Source: a virus (Duplodnaviria; Caudoviricetes). From it: 59,645 nt of DNA. Both the position numbers and the translations under genes were made by a program. Under the pieces are notes generated by a model, which did not search any database, was not told the DNA's origin, and saw only the letters and a program-made list of their open reading frames with translations. Within the stretch, counting starts at the first letter, position 1. Each line of letters opens with the position of its first letter. Below are positions 1 through 10,627 of the stretch, in pieces. The stretch covers positions 1 through 59,645 of the IMG/VR virus record IMGVR_UViG_3300032073_003021. One strand, given 5' to 3'.

Positions 1-174
1 TTCCAAATGGAAACAGGAGAACTGTTATTGTTAGAAGACGGAGGTTCATTAATTAAAGAGGACTTCTCAACTAACATAGAACCAATAGACAATACGGACT
101 TTAGTAACTTATTAACAGTCGAAGGTATATTAGACTTTAGTGAGAACAATCCGTTTGGAGAAATCGGCGGATGA
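1..174 (+). CDS. gp14: Neck protein gp14, C-terminal fragment
   Basis: Frame 1 is open to TGA at 172-174 and ends ...GILDFSENNPFGEIGG, typical of the gp14 C-terminus; lies upstream of gp15. Confidence 0.8.
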   Translation, partial: FQMETGELLLLEDGGSLIKEDFSTNIEPIDNTDFSNLLTVEGILDFSENNPFGEIGG

Positions 175-374
175 AGATAGAACACTTAGAAAAAATAAAT
201 GCAAGTTATTTTAAGCATTTCAAATACTCTGTATACTTAGGTTCTATATCATTACTTGTAGGACTTATGAGTCTTATACACGCAGTTATACCTTGGGTGT
301 TCGTAGAAACACCTTATAAACTAACTAAATATCAGATAAAGTTAGCAGAAGAGGCATTTGGATTAGGAAAGTAA
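171..374 (+). CDS. Small membrane protein (DUF6356-like)
   Basis: HL..I..SYFKHF pattern, a hydrophobic helix and LIHAVIPWVF; ATGA overlap with gp14. Confidence 0.55.
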   Translation: MKIEHLEKINASYFKHFKYSVYLGSISLLVGLMSLIHAVIPWVFVETPYKLTKYQIKLAEEAFGLGK

Positions 375-375
375 T

Positions 376-1164
376 ATGTTTAAAAATACAACATTTTATC
401 ACAGTCATATAAGAAAAGCCATTATTGCCTTTGGAACTATATTCAATAACATAAACATTGAACGTAAAAATAGTGCAGGAGCAATTGCACAAACATTAAG
501 AGTACCACTAGCGTACTCAACAAAACAAAAATTTATAACAAGAATTAATCGTGTTCCTGATTCAACAACTCGAGGGGAAGTTGCAATGACACTTCCTAGA
601 ATGGGTTTTGAAATAGATGGAATACAATATGATCCTACTAGAAAAACAACAGCTATTCAAAAGAACAAAGCAGTTGGTGTAGGTGATGATACAAATACAG
701 TTAGAACCGTGTTTAATTCTACGCCATATAACATGAATTTATCTTTATATATATTTGCGAAGAATCAAGAAGATGGATTACAAATTGTAGAACAAATTTT
801 GCCTTACTTTAATCCTGACTTTAATGTAACAGTTAATGATTTACCAGAGTTAGGAATAAAGAGAGACATAAAAATAACATTAGATAACGTAACGTATGAA
901 GATGATTATGAAGGAGACTTTGCTAGTAGATTAGCAATTATTTGGACACTTAATTTTAAGATGACACTTAATTTCTATAGCAATGTTAATAACGTGGGAG
1001 TGATAAAGAAAGCTATTGCAGATGTATTTAACGATCCTGCAATGACATTAGTTAGAACGAATACATCTAACAGGGAACGATTAACAGTTTCCGTAAACCC
1101 AGAGTCAGCCACACCTTCAGACGATTATACGTTCCTGGAGACCTTTGATGCCGAATTCGAATAA
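376..1164 (+). CDS. gp15: Tail sheath stabilizer/completion protein gp15
   Basis: FYH..IRK.IIAFGTIFNNI, VPLAY, LPRMGFE, QIVEQILPYFNP motifs; synteny. Confidence 0.93.
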   Translation: MFKNTTFYHSHIRKAIIAFGTIFNNINIERKNSAGAIAQTLRVPLAYSTKQKFITRINRVPDSTTRGEVAMTLPRMGFEIDGIQYDPTRKTTAIQKNKAVGVGDDTNTVRTVFNSTPYNMNLSLYIFAKNQEDGLQIVEQILPYFNPDFNVTVNDLPELGIKRDIKITLDNVTYEDDYEGDFASRLAIIWTLNFKMTLNFYSNVNNVGVIKKAIADVFNDPAMTLVRTNTSNRERLTVSVNPESATPSDDYTFLETFDAEFE

Positions 1165-1639
1165 CCCTTTTGACTCTTTAGATAAAACATTTAATACTAA
1201 AGAAGTTACTAAGGCACTAGAAAAAAATTTAAAAGAACTTAAAGAGAAGGAAAATCTTCCCGATATTGCTATGTCCGACGATGATAAAGCTAAGTTAAGA
1301 GTAGTACAAAGAGACCAGGACTATGAATACGCTAGGTCAATATTAAAACAAGCAGAGCAATATAATGCTGAGGCAATAGAAGGTATATTACATATAGCAA
1401 GGAACTCTGACCAACCTAGAGCATATGAAGTAGCAATTACAGCAATTAAAAACTTACAGGATAATGCAAAGGATATGATTGCAGTACAGGAAGCACAAAA
1501 AAGAATAGAGAATGAAGACAGTAAAGGCAAACCAATACAAACACAAAACAATTTATTCGTAGGAAGTACGAAGGACTTATTAAAGGCAATTAAAAAAGAA
1601 CAAGAACCAATTGATATAACACCAGATGGCACAGACTGA
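1148..1639 (+). CDS. gp16: Terminase small subunit gp16
   Basis: DYEYAR, PRAYEVA, NNLFVGSTKDLLK motifs; directly before gp17. Confidence 0.9.
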   Translation: MPNSNNPFDSLDKTFNTKEVTKALEKNLKELKEKENLPDIAMSDDDKAKLRVVQRDQDYEYARSILKQAEQYNAEAIEGILHIARNSDQPRAYEVAITAIKNLQDNAKDMIAVQEAQKRIENEDSKGKPIQTQNNLFVGSTKDLLKAIKKEQEPIDITPDGTD

Positions 1640-3284
1640 ACAAACATCATATCACGGTAATCCGAATCTAAAACCATTAGCTTATCAACATGATTTCTCA
1701 GAAGAAGAAATTAAAGAGTATGTTAAGTGTAAGGATGATCCTGTATATTTTATAGAAAAATATGTAAAAATTATTACACTAGACTCTGGTCTACAACCAT
1801 TTAAATTATACGACTGCCAAAAAAGAAAAGTAGATTGTATAATGAATAACAGACGTGTGGTGTTAATGGAAGGACGTCAGCAAGGTAAAACAGTTACATC
1901 AGCAGCCTGTATATTACATTACACAATATTCCAAGAAGATAAAACAGTAGCTATTATGGCAAACAAATCTTCAGCAGCAAGGGAAGTATTAAACAGATAC
2001 CAAATAATGTATGAGAACTTGCCTATATGGATGCAACAGGGTGTTAAAGTATGGAACAAAGGTGATGTAGAACTAGAAAACAATAGTAAAGTATTAACAG
2101 CAGCAACAACAGCAGCAGCCATTAGAGGTAAATCTGTAAACTGGTTATATATTGATGAGGCAGCAATCATACCTAATAACATAGCAGATGAATTTTTTAC
2201 TTCTGTTTATCCTACTATTTCTGCTGGTGAAACAACAAAGATACTTCTAACATCAACTCCGTTAGGTTATAATCATTTTTGGAAATTCTGGAATGAGTCT
2301 GAGAAAGGAGAAAACGGATTTGAAAATATGTTTATTCCTTACTATGAGATACCAGGAAGAGATGAGAAGTGGTTAGAGGAACAAAAACAATTATTAGGAG
2401 ATGTTAAGTTCAATCAGGAGGTCATGTGTGAGTTCCTAGGTTCTACTAACACACTAATAAACGCACAAACAATTGGTAGATTAAGTACAAAAGAACCAGA
2501 GTTTCAAAATAATCATTTGGATATATATGATAGTCCAGAAGAAAATCGTTTTTATGCTATAACAGTAGATACAGCGAGAGGCATAGGTGGGGATTATTCG
2601 GCATTTATAGTAGTAGATATAACAGAAATGCCATATAAAGTAGTAGCAAAATATAGAGATAATACTATTGCACCCATGTTGTTCCCAGATGTTATAGGTA
2701 AAGTAGCAAAAGATTATAATGATGCTTTTGTATTAGTAGAAGTAAACGATATAGGACAACAGGTAGTAGAAATACTGCACCAAGAAATAGAATACGAAAA
2801 TATTTTAAGTACGGTGACCGAAAAGCAAAGGCAATTTATAAGTCCTGGCTTTGGTAAAAGTACAAAAATGGGTGTTACAACATCTAAAGCAGTAAAAAGG
2901 CAAGGGTGTTTTACATTCAAATCGTTATTAGAAGAACAAAAACTATTGATATTTGATGAACATATAATACATGAAATATCAACGTTTATAGAAAAAGGCA
3001 ACACTTATCAAGCCGATGAAGGCTATCATGATGACTTAGTGATGTGTATGGTGTTGTTTGGGTGGTTATCTTCTCAGGCATTCTTTAAAGATATGACTGA
3101 TATTAACACAAGGGAAGGTTTATATAAGCAACAAAGTGCAGATATAGAACACAACTTAACACCGTTTATTCGTAATGATGGACAGGAGCCCGAAGCAGAA
3201 GTAATAAATGGAGATTTATGGTTACTAGAAGACAATTATGGTAAGAATCTACAACAGAAGCTAAGGGATATGGTAAAAAATTAA
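1626..3284 (+). CDS. gp17: Terminase large subunit gp17
   Basis: Y.GNPNLK, RQQGKT Walker A, YIDEAA Walker B, RNase H-like VDTARG..GDYSA and HDDLVM. Confidence 0.97.
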   Translation: MAQTEQTSYHGNPNLKPLAYQHDFSEEEIKEYVKCKDDPVYFIEKYVKIITLDSGLQPFKLYDCQKRKVDCIMNNRRVVLMEGRQQGKTVTSAACILHYTIFQEDKTVAIMANKSSAAREVLNRYQIMYENLPIWMQQGVKVWNKGDVELENNSKVLTAATTAAAIRGKSVNWLYIDEAAIIPNNIADEFFTSVYPTISAGETTKILLTSTPLGYNHFWKFWNESEKGENGFENMFIPYYEIPGRDEKWLEEQKQLLGDVKFNQEVMCEFLGSTNTLINAQTIGRLSTKEPEFQNNHLDIYDSPEENRFYAITVDTARGIGGDYSAFIVVDITEMPYKVVAKYRDNTIAPMLFPDVIGKVAKDYNDAFVLVEVNDIGQQVVEILHQEIEYENILSTVTEKQRQFISPGFGKSTKMGVTTSKAVKRQGCFTFKSLLEEQKLLIFDEHIIHEISTFIEKGNTYQADEGYHDDLVMCMVLFGWLSSQAFFKDMTDINTREGLYKQQSADIEHNLTPFIRNDGQEPEAEVINGDLWLLEDNYGKNLQQKLRDMVKN

Positions 3285-3288
3285 GACT

Positions 3289-3296
3289 TATAAATA
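3289..3296 (+). promoter_or_regulatory. T4-type late promoter (gp18)
   Basis: Intergenic TATAAATA upstream of the sheath gene; gp55 is encoded in the window. Confidence 0.8.
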
Positions 3297-3352
3297 ATAC
3301 GATGATAAAAACTTGTGTCATTCATAAGATAATATAAACCGAGGAGAAAAAC

Positions 3353-5266
3353 ATGGCATTTCAGCTATCACCAGGTGTACTCGTTAAAGAGGTCGACTTA
3401 ACCAGTGTGGTACCCGCAGTAGCATCAACTATTGGCGCTTTTGTAGGTAACTTTCAATGGGGACCTGTAGACGAGATCACAACAGTAAGTTCTGAGAATA
3501 ATCTAGTCGATAGATTTTTTAAACCGAACAACGACACCTTTGTGGATTTCTATACAGCTGCTAGTTTCCTAGCATACGGTAATAATCTTAAACTTGTCAG
3601 AGCAGTAGGAGACGCAGCAAGAAACGCTGTAGCTTCAGGAACTGCAATCGTTGTAGACAACGAAGACGACTACGACCTAAACCATTCAACTGGTTCAGGT
3701 TCTAATGGTATGTGGGTAGCTAGATACCCTGGAACTTTAGGTAATTCACTTAAAGTTTCATTTGCAGACTCTAGTACGTTTGATAGTAACTCTGTTGCTT
3801 CAACTACTATTACTGCAGGCGGATCTGGTTATACAAGCGCAACTGTAACATTTGCAGCAGCACCAGCAGGCGGAGTAACTGCTACTGGTACAGCAACTGT
3901 TTCAGGTGGTGCTGTAACTGCTATTACTATTACTAATCCAGGTAATGGTTATACATCAGCCCCAACAGTTACTATTGGAGGAGACGGTTCTTCAGCAACA
4001 GCTACAGCGGCATTAGCCACAGATTGGACATACAAAACACAATTTGATAGAGCACCACTTTCATCAAGTACAGTATTAGCAAAGGGCGGGTCAAATGACC
4101 AGGTCCATATTATTGTAATAGACGAAGATGGTTCATTCTCAGGCCAAGCAGGAACAGTTCTAGAGAAATTCGAGAACGCATCCAAAGCATCTGACGCCAA
4201 AGGTTTAGAAGGCGGTTCAATTTATTATAAAGACGTGATTAATTCTCAATCAAAATATATTTGGTGGAGCGATCATCCAGCATCTGAAAAATCAACAGGT
4301 GGATGGGGTTCGAACTCTACTACAACATTTACATCAAACTATACAACATCAGAAGCAACTGTAAGTTTAACAGGAGGAGTTGATGAAGCTCCTACTTCAG
4401 GTAATATCCAAACAGGATATTCCAGATTTGCAGACGCAGAAAGTGTTGACATTAGTTTGGTTTTAACTGGCGGACATAGTACAACAGACGTTGATTATGT
4501 TATCGATAATATTTCCAAAGTCAGAAAAGACTGTATTACTTTCTTATCACCACAAAGAGCTAGCGTTGTAAACAATGCAGGTTCTGAGGTAACTGCAATG
4601 ATTGCTGATAAAGCTTCATTAGCTGGAACTTCATTTGCGGTAATGGACGGTAACTGGAAATATCAATACGATAGGTATAACGACGTTTATAGATGGGTTC
4701 CACTAAACGGCGACGTAGCAGGTCTTTGTGTAGCAACAGACTTAAGCACAGATCCGTGGTTCTCACCTGCTGGTTATAATAGAGGACAAGTAAGAAACGC
4801 AGTAAAACTTGCTTTTAATCCTAGTAAAGCAAATAGGGACGATATGTATAAAAACGGTATTAACCCTATTGTTAATACTCCAGGAACAGGAATAATCTTG
4901 TTTGGAGATAAAACAATGTTGGCAGCACCTAGTGCGTTCAACAGAATTAATGTTAGAAGATTGTTTATCATTCTTGAGAAAGCAATTAGTACAGCAGCTA
5001 AATTCCAATTGTTTGAATTTAACGATGCGTTTACTAGATCGCAATTTACTAGCTTGCTTACACCGTTCTTGAGAGACGTTCAGGGACGTAGAGGTATATA
5101 TGACTTTAAAGTTATTTGTAACTCTAGCAACAATACACCCGAAGTTATTGACAGAAACGAATTTATAGCAGACATATTTATTAAACCTGCTAGAGCAATT
5201 AACTTCATACAACTTAACTTTATCGCTACTCGAACAGGCGTAAGCTTCGAAGAGATTGGTGGGTAA
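3353..5266 (+). CDS. gp18: Tail sheath protein gp18
   Basis: [39 protein letters not shown] motifs. Confidence 0.97.
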   Translation: MAFQLSPGVLVKEVDLTSVVPAVASTIGAFVGNFQWGPVDEITTVSSENNLVDRFFKPNNDTFVDFYTAASFLAYGNNLKLVRAVGDAARNAVASGTAIVVDNEDDYDLNHSTGSGSNGMWVARYPGTLGNSLKVSFADSSTFDSNSVASTTITAGGSGYTSATVTFAAAPAGGVTATGTATVSGGAVTAITITNPGNGYTSAPTVTIGGDGSSATATAALATDWTYKTQFDRAPLSSSTVLAKGGSNDQVHIIVIDEDGSFSGQAGTVLEKFENASKASDAKGLEGGSIYYKDVINSQSKYIWWSDHPASEKSTGGWGSNSTTTFTSNYTTSEATVSLTGGVDEAPTSGNIQTGYSRFADAESVDISLVLTGGHSTTDVDYVIDNISKVRKDCITFLSPQRASVVNNAGSEVTAMIADKASLAGTSFAVMDGNWKYQYDRYNDVYRWVPLNGDVAGLCVATDLSTDPWFSPAGYNRGQVRNAVKLAFNPSKANRDDMYKNGINPIVNTPGTGIILFGDKTMLAAPSAFNRINVRRLFIILEKAISTAAKFQLFEFNDAFTRSQFTSLLTPFLRDVQGRRGIYDFKVICNSSNNTPEVIDRNEFIADIFIKPARAINFIQLNFIATRTGVSFEEIGG

Positions 5267-5274
5267 TATAAATA
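5267..5274 (+). promoter_or_regulatory. Late promoter (gp19)
   Basis: TATAAATA followed by an AGGAG Shine-Dalgarno sequence. Confidence 0.75.
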
Positions 5275-5291
5275 GGTAAGAGGAGAAATAA

Positions 5292-5822
5292 ATGAATATC
5301 GAAGAGTTTAGAAGTAGGTTAGGAGCTGGTGGAGCCAGACCTAATCAATTCAGAGTCACTCTTAATTTCCCAACTATTGCTGAAAGCGACAATACCTATA
5401 GTATTTTAGTTTCAGGTGCGGCTATCCCAGCTTCAACTGTTAACCCAGCAATTATTCAATACAGAGGTAGGGAAATTAAGTTAGCCGGCGAACGTATATT
5501 TGATCCGTGGACAGTAACAATAATTAACGATACTAATCAATCGTTAAGAAGACCATTCGAGCAATGGCTTGATTCAATGAACCAGAAAGATGACAATAGA
5601 GGTAATTTAAACCCTGTTGACTATTTCCAAGACATTGAAATTGAGCATTTAGATAGGAACGACGCAACTTTACCAGGCGGTAAATACATTTTATATGATG
5701 CGTTTCCAATCAATATGTCAGAAATTGCATTACAGTATGCACAGAACGACATTATCGAAGAGTTTACAGTTACATTCCAGTATCAGAGATACGAGAACGT
5801 TGGCGTAGACGTATCCGTTTAA
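5292..5822 (+). CDS. gp19: Tail tube protein gp19
   Basis: GGARPNQF, RGREIKLAGERIFDPWTVT, IEEFTVTFQY motifs. Confidence 0.95.
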   Translation: MNIEEFRSRLGAGGARPNQFRVTLNFPTIAESDNTYSILVSGAAIPASTVNPAIIQYRGREIKLAGERIFDPWTVTIINDTNQSLRRPFEQWLDSMNQKDDNRGNLNPVDYFQDIEIEHLDRNDATLPGGKYILYDAFPINMSEIALQYAQNDIIEEFTVTFQYQRYENVGVDVSV

Positions 5823-5857
5823 CGGATATGATCTTACAAATAAGGTAAGAATAAATT

Positions 5858-7456
5858 ATGGATATATTTGGATTTGAAATAAAGAGAAAGGACCAGGCAA
5901 CGAACGAGAAATCGTTTGTTGCACCGGCCGAAGACGGCGCTATTGAAAGCATTAGAGCTGGAGGTTATTACGGTACCTATTTAGATTTAGATGGCATTAG
6001 TCAAACTGAATCTGAATTAATAAAAAGGTATCGTGATATATCAATGATGGCAGATGTTGATACAGCGATTGAAGACATTATTAATGAAGGTATAGCTCAA
6101 TTGGAAAATGAAAGTCCAGTTGAAATAAACTTAGATAAAGTCGAACTGTCTAGCTCTGTAAGGAAAAGTATATCCAGAGAGTTTGAGGAAGTAAAAGCTC
6201 TCATGTCCATCCAGGATATGGCACAAGACTATTTCAAGAGATGGTACGTAGACGGGAAAATATACTTCCATAAGGTTATCGATTTAGATAATCCTAAAGA
6301 CGGGATCAAAGATATTAGATATATTGATCCTAGAAAAATTAGACGTGTTCGTGAAGTTAAAAAGGAAAAGAATGCGTCAGGTGTGCAGTTCGTTAAAGAT
6401 GTAGAAGAATATTTCATCTATAACGATAAAGGTGTTACTTCAAAACCCGGTGCATATGTAGCCCCTGAGAATCAACAGGGCTTAAAAATTGTGAAGGACG
6501 CAATTGCATACGCACCAAGTGGTTTGGTAGATCATGATAAGAAAATAGCACTTTCTTATTTACACAAAGCCATTAGGCCTGCAAACCAACTTAGAATGAT
6601 GGAGAACGCAGTAGTCATTTATAGGATTACAAGGGCTCCTGAAAGACGTATTTTTTATGTGGATGTTGGTAACTTGCCAAAGATGAAGGCAGAACAATAT
6701 CTAAAAGACATTATGGACAGGTATAGAAATAAACTTGTTTATGATGCTAACACAGGAGAGATACGTGATGATAAGAAGTTTATGTCTATGTTGGAAGACT
6801 TCTGGTTACCTAGAAGAGAAGGCGGGACAGGAACTAACATTGATACATTGCCAGCAGGACAGAACCTAGGGCAAATTGAAGATGTAGAATATTTTCAACG
6901 TAAATTGTATCAAGCGTTAAACATTCCGATGTCACGTTTAGAACAACAAGCTGGACTTAATTTTGGTAGGGCTGCAGAGATAAACAGAGACGAGATGAAG
7001 TTCACAAAGTTTATCGATAAACTAAGAAGAAAATTCTCAGTTTTGTTTATGGATTTATTAAAGTCTCAGCTTTTACTAAAGAATGTTATTACTTTAGAAG
7101 ATTGGGATGACATTAAAGATGACATCTTTTTCGAGTTTGCTACAGATGCTTACTACACAGAATCTAAAGAACAAGAGATTTTGAGAAGTAGAGTAGAAGT
7201 ATTAAACGGGTTATCAGCATATATAGGAACATTTTTTAGTAAGCGCTGGATACAGAAAAATGTATTGAGTCTTACAGATGAAGAAATTGAGGCAATAGAA
7301 ACAGACTTGTTAAAAGAACCTCAGTTACAAAGACAGTATCAATGGTCACCACTTACTGCAGTTGAACAACAACAACAAGAAGGTGGAGATGATGGTATAA
7401 ATAGTGATATACCTGGAGAAGGAAACCCGGTACCAGGACCGGATAACGGAGCATAG
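5858..7456 (+). CDS. gp20: Portal protein gp20
   Basis: YRITRAPERRIFYVDVGNLPK and EDFWLPRREG motifs. Confidence 0.97.
   Translation: MDIFGFEIKRKDQATNEKSFVAPAEDGAIESIRAGGYYGTYLDLDGISQTESELIKRYRDISMMADVDTAIEDIINEGIAQLENESPVEINLDKVELSSSVRKSISREFEEVKALMSIQDMAQDYFKRWYVDGKIYFHKVIDLDNPKDGIKDIRYIDPRKIRRVREVKKEKNASGVQFVKDVEEYFIYNDKGVTSKPGAYVAPENQQGLKIVKDAIAYAPSGLVDHDKKIALSYLHKAIRPANQLRMMENAVVIYRITRAPERRIFYVDVGNLPKMKAEQYLKDIMDRYRNKLVYDANTGEIRDDKKFMSMLEDFWLPRREGGTGTNIDTLPAGQNLGQIEDVEYFQRKLYQALNIPMSRLEQQAGLNFGRAAEINRDEMKFTKFIDKLRRKFSVLFMDLLKSQLLLKNVITLEDWDDIKDDIFFEFATDAYYTESKEQEILRSRVEVLNGLSAYIGTFFSKRWIQKNVLSLTDEEIEAIETDLLKEPQLQRQYQWSPLTAVEQQQQEGGDDGINSDIPGEGNPVPGPDNGA
7396..7403 (+). promoter_or_regulatory. 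Late promoter inside the gp20 3' end, serving the prohead core genes
   Basis: TATAAATA about 55 nt before ATG 7458. Confidence 0.55.
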
Positions 7457-7457
7457 T

Positions 7458-7784
7458 ATGGCAGAAGAACAGAACGATGTAACAGTAAATGATCTAGTAG
7501 ACGATATAGTCTCTGGACAAAATGCTGATGCACAAGAAAAGTTCAACTCTCTAATGCAACAACGCACAGGCGAGGTATTAGATAATTTGAAACAACAACA
7601 GGCAGCTTCTCAATTTGGAGATCAAATTGCTGGCAGAGAAGGTGCAGATATAGGTGAGTTTGAAAAGATGGGACTTGTCCCGGACCAAGCGCCTGTAGGT
7701 GACAAGCTCGACGATGCAATCGTTGATATTGACATGCAAACCGGAACGCCAGTAGATAACAATAAAGAAGAGGAACAACAATGA
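7458..7784 (+). CDS. Prohead core protein (gp67-like)
   Basis: Small acidic ORF directly after the portal gene; ATG 7458 preferred over the upstream GTG. Confidence 0.6.
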   Translation: MAEEQNDVTVNDLVDDIVSGQNADAQEKFNSLMQQRTGEVLDNLKQQQAASQFGDQIAGREGADIGEFEKMGLVPDQAPVGDKLDDAIVDIDMQTGTPVDNNKEEEQQ

Positions 7785-8080
7785 AAACTTTCAAACAATT
7801 CAGAGAAGGTGTTGAAGTAACTGAAGCTCCTGTAGATGGAGTTGCAAAAGGATCACTTCCAAAAGATGATCATATGTGTGCAACTAAAATCTTCCACAAG
7901 GAATGGAACGAAGGAACACCTATTTTTGGCGAACACGCAGATCCAGACGAAGCTGGTAACGTGTCTTGGTATAAAGTAATGTTCGAACATGGTATCGAAC
8001 AAGTTGAAGTGGATGACCCTAATGTTGAGGTACTTGAAGAAGGATCTCACGGATCACATAAAAAATCTAAAAAATACTAA
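7781..8080 (+). CDS. Putative internal head/prohead protein
   Basis: N-terminal MKTFKQFRE resembles the T4 capsid-targeting sequence; lies in the head operon. Confidence 0.55.
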   Translation: MKTFKQFREGVEVTEAPVDGVAKGSLPKDDHMCATKIFHKEWNEGTPIFGEHADPDEAGNVSWYKVMFEHGIEQVEVDDPNVEVLEEGSHGSHKKSKKY

Positions 8081-8098
8081 TTTTAAAGGAAAACCAAA

Positions 8099-8524
8099 AT
8101 GGCAGTAACAGTAAACAATCTCAAATTAACACAAGTCCAAGGTGTTGTGAGTGTTAGGGGTACTGCTGCTACAGGGACAATCGACTTAGATGTAACGCTA
8201 AAGAAATCTACCGAGACAGCTAGCAGCCCAACAGTAAATATTAAAGGATTACATTGGACACTATCAAGCGGCGCTAGTGCAAAGGTGCAACGTAACTCCG
8301 TTGTACTTTATGAATTAGCAGAAAGTGGTAGTTTAGATATGTACGGATTTAACGATAATTCAGAGAACACATCAAACATCGAGGTAGTAATCGCCGGCGG
8401 TGATGGTGGTACAGTAATACTAGACTTAGCGAAAGTCGGTGGATTTGGTTCTCAACAACACCAGGATGCACCATTAGATACTAATGATAGTGGTGATGTA
8501 TACGAAGGAGGTAGTTTAGGATAA
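8099..8524 (+). CDS. Hypothetical virion protein
   Basis: Beta-rich ORF with an SD sequence in the head operon, before gp21. Confidence 0.55.
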   Translation: MAVTVNNLKLTQVQGVVSVRGTAATGTIDLDVTLKKSTETASSPTVNIKGLHWTLSSGASAKVQRNSVVLYELAESGSLDMYGFNDNSENTSNIEVVIAGGDGGTVILDLAKVGGFGSQQHQDAPLDTNDSGDVYEGGSLG

Positions 8525-9183
8525 TGAGACTAATTAAAGAATTTAATGAGGAGATACGATACCTCACAGAAGAGAGTAAAGATCCTAAGAAACCTAACGT
8601 ATTCATTGAAGGTGTATTCTTACAATCAGATTTAAAGAACAAAAACGGCAGGATTTATCCTAAAGAAGTAATGCAGAGAGAAGTCAACAGATATGTTGAA
8701 GAAGCTGTTAAAACTAAAAGAGCTTACGGTGAATTAGGACACCCGGAAGGTCCAACAGTTAATTTAGACAGAGTCTCTCACATGATTACATCCTTAAAAG
8801 AGGATGGCAGTAATTACATTGGTAGAGCCAAAATAATGGATACACCAATGGGCCGTATTGTTAAAGAACTTATTAGTGAAGGTGCTCAACTAGGCGTAAG
8901 CTCTAGAGGATTAGGTTCACTAAAAGAGAAGGGTGGTATAAATGAAGTCCAAGACGACTTTATGTTAGCAACTGCAGCAGATATTGTTGCAGATCCTTCG
9001 GCTCCGGATGCCTTTGTACAAGGAATTATGGAGGGTAAAGAATGGGTTTTTGTTAACGGAAAGTGGAATGAACAGGATATAGAAGAAGCACAAAACGTTA
9101 TTAAGCGTGCTACTACTAGAGAACTAGAAGAGGCAAAGATGTCTCAATTTAGCAAATTTCTGTCAAAACTTTCTAATTATTAA
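8524..9183 (+). CDS. gp21: Prohead protease gp21
   Basis: NKNGRIYP, GELGHP, GVSSRGLGSL, DIVADPSAPDAFV motifs. Confidence 0.96.
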   Translation: MRLIKEFNEEIRYLTEESKDPKKPNVFIEGVFLQSDLKNKNGRIYPKEVMQREVNRYVEEAVKTKRAYGELGHPEGPTVNLDRVSHMITSLKEDGSNYIGRAKIMDTPMGRIVKELISEGAQLGVSSRGLGSLKEKGGINEVQDDFMLATAADIVADPSAPDAFVQGIMEGKEWVFVNGKWNEQDIEEAQNVIKRATTRELEEAKMSQFSKFLSKLSNY

Positions 9184-9193
9184 CAGAAAAACT

Positions 9194-9207
9194 TATAAAT
9201 ATAAATA
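9194..9207 (+). promoter_or_regulatory. Tandem overlapping late promoters (gp22)
   Basis: TATAAATATAAATA. Confidence 0.75.
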
Positions 9208-9259
9208 ATATTGATGTTTTATTATTTAAAATAATCCTAATAAACAAAAGGAGAGAAAA

Positions 9260-10567
9260 ATGGGAGTAGAATCCAAAATCAGAGAACTTCTAGAAGGTAA
9301 GCAATTACATGAAGAAGTTATAGAGGAAGTAGCTGGGAACCAGCAACCGACTAATTCTGCGGATGCACATCGTCCATTAGATAAAAAGCAAGGTGATGCT
9401 ACCCCTCCCCTACAAGGCAGTTCAAATCCTAACCCAGAGCAACAAGACCTAAGCGGTACTAATAACCCTGAAGGCGGATTAACAAGCGAAGTAGGAAAGG
9501 CAGCGTCAGCAAAAGCTGGTTCAGCCCCACGTCCACAAAACAGTGGTGCTGGTCAGGCTCCTAACTACACAGATGGCACAGATCCACGTAGCGTTGTTAA
9601 CCAATCATCTTCCAAAGGTAATGTACACCAAGAGGAAGACGAAGTAGAGTTAGAAGACGATCAAGAAGTTTTAGATGAAGTCGAAGAGACTGAAGAAGAA
9701 GCAATCGTTGAAGACGAATACGTAGACGAAGGTCTTGAAGAGTTAGAAGAAGGAGAGGAGGAGTCCGAAGAAGTAGTAGCTGAAGAAACTGAAGAAGAAG
9801 TTGAAATGACTGAAGACGAAGTAGAAGCAGAAACACTATTCGAGGATGACATTGCTAATTTATTTAAAGATGAAGAGCATCTTTCCGAAGAATTTAAAAC
9901 ACAAGCAGCCTCATTATTTGAGTCTGTTGTTGTTGCTAGAGTAAATCAACAAATTTCTCAAATTGAGAATGAACTTGTTGAAGAAGCTAGCAAAGCTTTC
10001 GATGAAGCGAAAGAAAATCTCGTTGAAAATGTCGACAAGTATCTGTCATACGTGACGGAACAGTGGATGAAGGAAAACGAGCTTGCTATTGAGAATGGTT
10101 TAAGAAATGAAATCACAGAGTCCTTTATTAAAGGTATGAAAGAGGTTTTCGTTGAACATTACATTGACATTCCAGATGAGAAAGTTGATGTGTTGTCAAA
10201 CCAACAGCAAGAAATTGATGAGCTAAAATCTAAGTTAGACGAAGAAATTGGCAAGTCAGTAGCGATCAGCGAAGAAAAAGAGCAACTACAAAAAGAGAAA
10301 GTATTCTCTTCCGTGGTTGGCGATCTAGCTGAAACAGAGGTGGAAAAGTTTGCAAGTCTAGTCAATGATGTAACATTCGGCGACGCAGAGGAGTACGCTC
10401 AGAAACTAAACGTTATTAAGGAAAACTATTTTCCAAAAGCGAAAGCTGAAAATAGCGATAAGCTAGATGATAGCGTTGACCAAGGAGCCTTAGTTGAAAA
10501 TACTGTTATGGCAAGATATGTAGAAGGTATCAGCCAAGCAGCAAAATTTGACAAGGTTAAAAGTTAA
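9260..10567 (+). CDS. gp22: Prohead core scaffold gp22
   Basis: Highly acidic; LSEEFK..A..LFE, VDKYLSYV..QWM.EN and KLNVIKENYF motifs; between gp21 and gp23. Confidence 0.92.
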   Translation: MGVESKIRELLEGKQLHEEVIEEVAGNQQPTNSADAHRPLDKKQGDATPPLQGSSNPNPEQQDLSGTNNPEGGLTSEVGKAASAKAGSAPRPQNSGAGQAPNYTDGTDPRSVVNQSSSKGNVHQEEDEVELEDDQEVLDEVEETEEEAIVEDEYVDEGLEELEEGEEESEEVVAEETEEEVEMTEDEVEAETLFEDDIANLFKDEEHLSEEFKTQAASLFESVVVARVNQQISQIENELVEEASKAFDEAKENLVENVDKYLSYVTEQWMKENELAIENGLRNEITESFIKGMKEVFVEHYIDIPDEKVDVLSNQQQEIDELKSKLDEEIGKSVAISEEKEQLQKEKVFSSVVGDLAETEVEKFASLVNDVTFGDAEEYAQKLNVIKENYFPKAKAENSDKLDDSVDQGALVENTVMARYVEGISQAAKFDKVKS

Positions 10568-10573
10568 TTTTTT

Positions 10574-10581
10574 TATAAATA
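10574..10581 (+). promoter_or_regulatory. Late promoter (gp23)
   Basis: TATAAATA upstream of the major capsid gene. Confidence 0.8.
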
Positions 10582-10627
10582 ATTAGGTTATTAAACATTA
10601 TAACAAACGTAAATAAAGGAGCAACTA

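Noticed and set aside
9620-9850. GAA-rich low-complexity tract
   Set aside because: It encodes the acidic region of the gp22 scaffold, which is normal.
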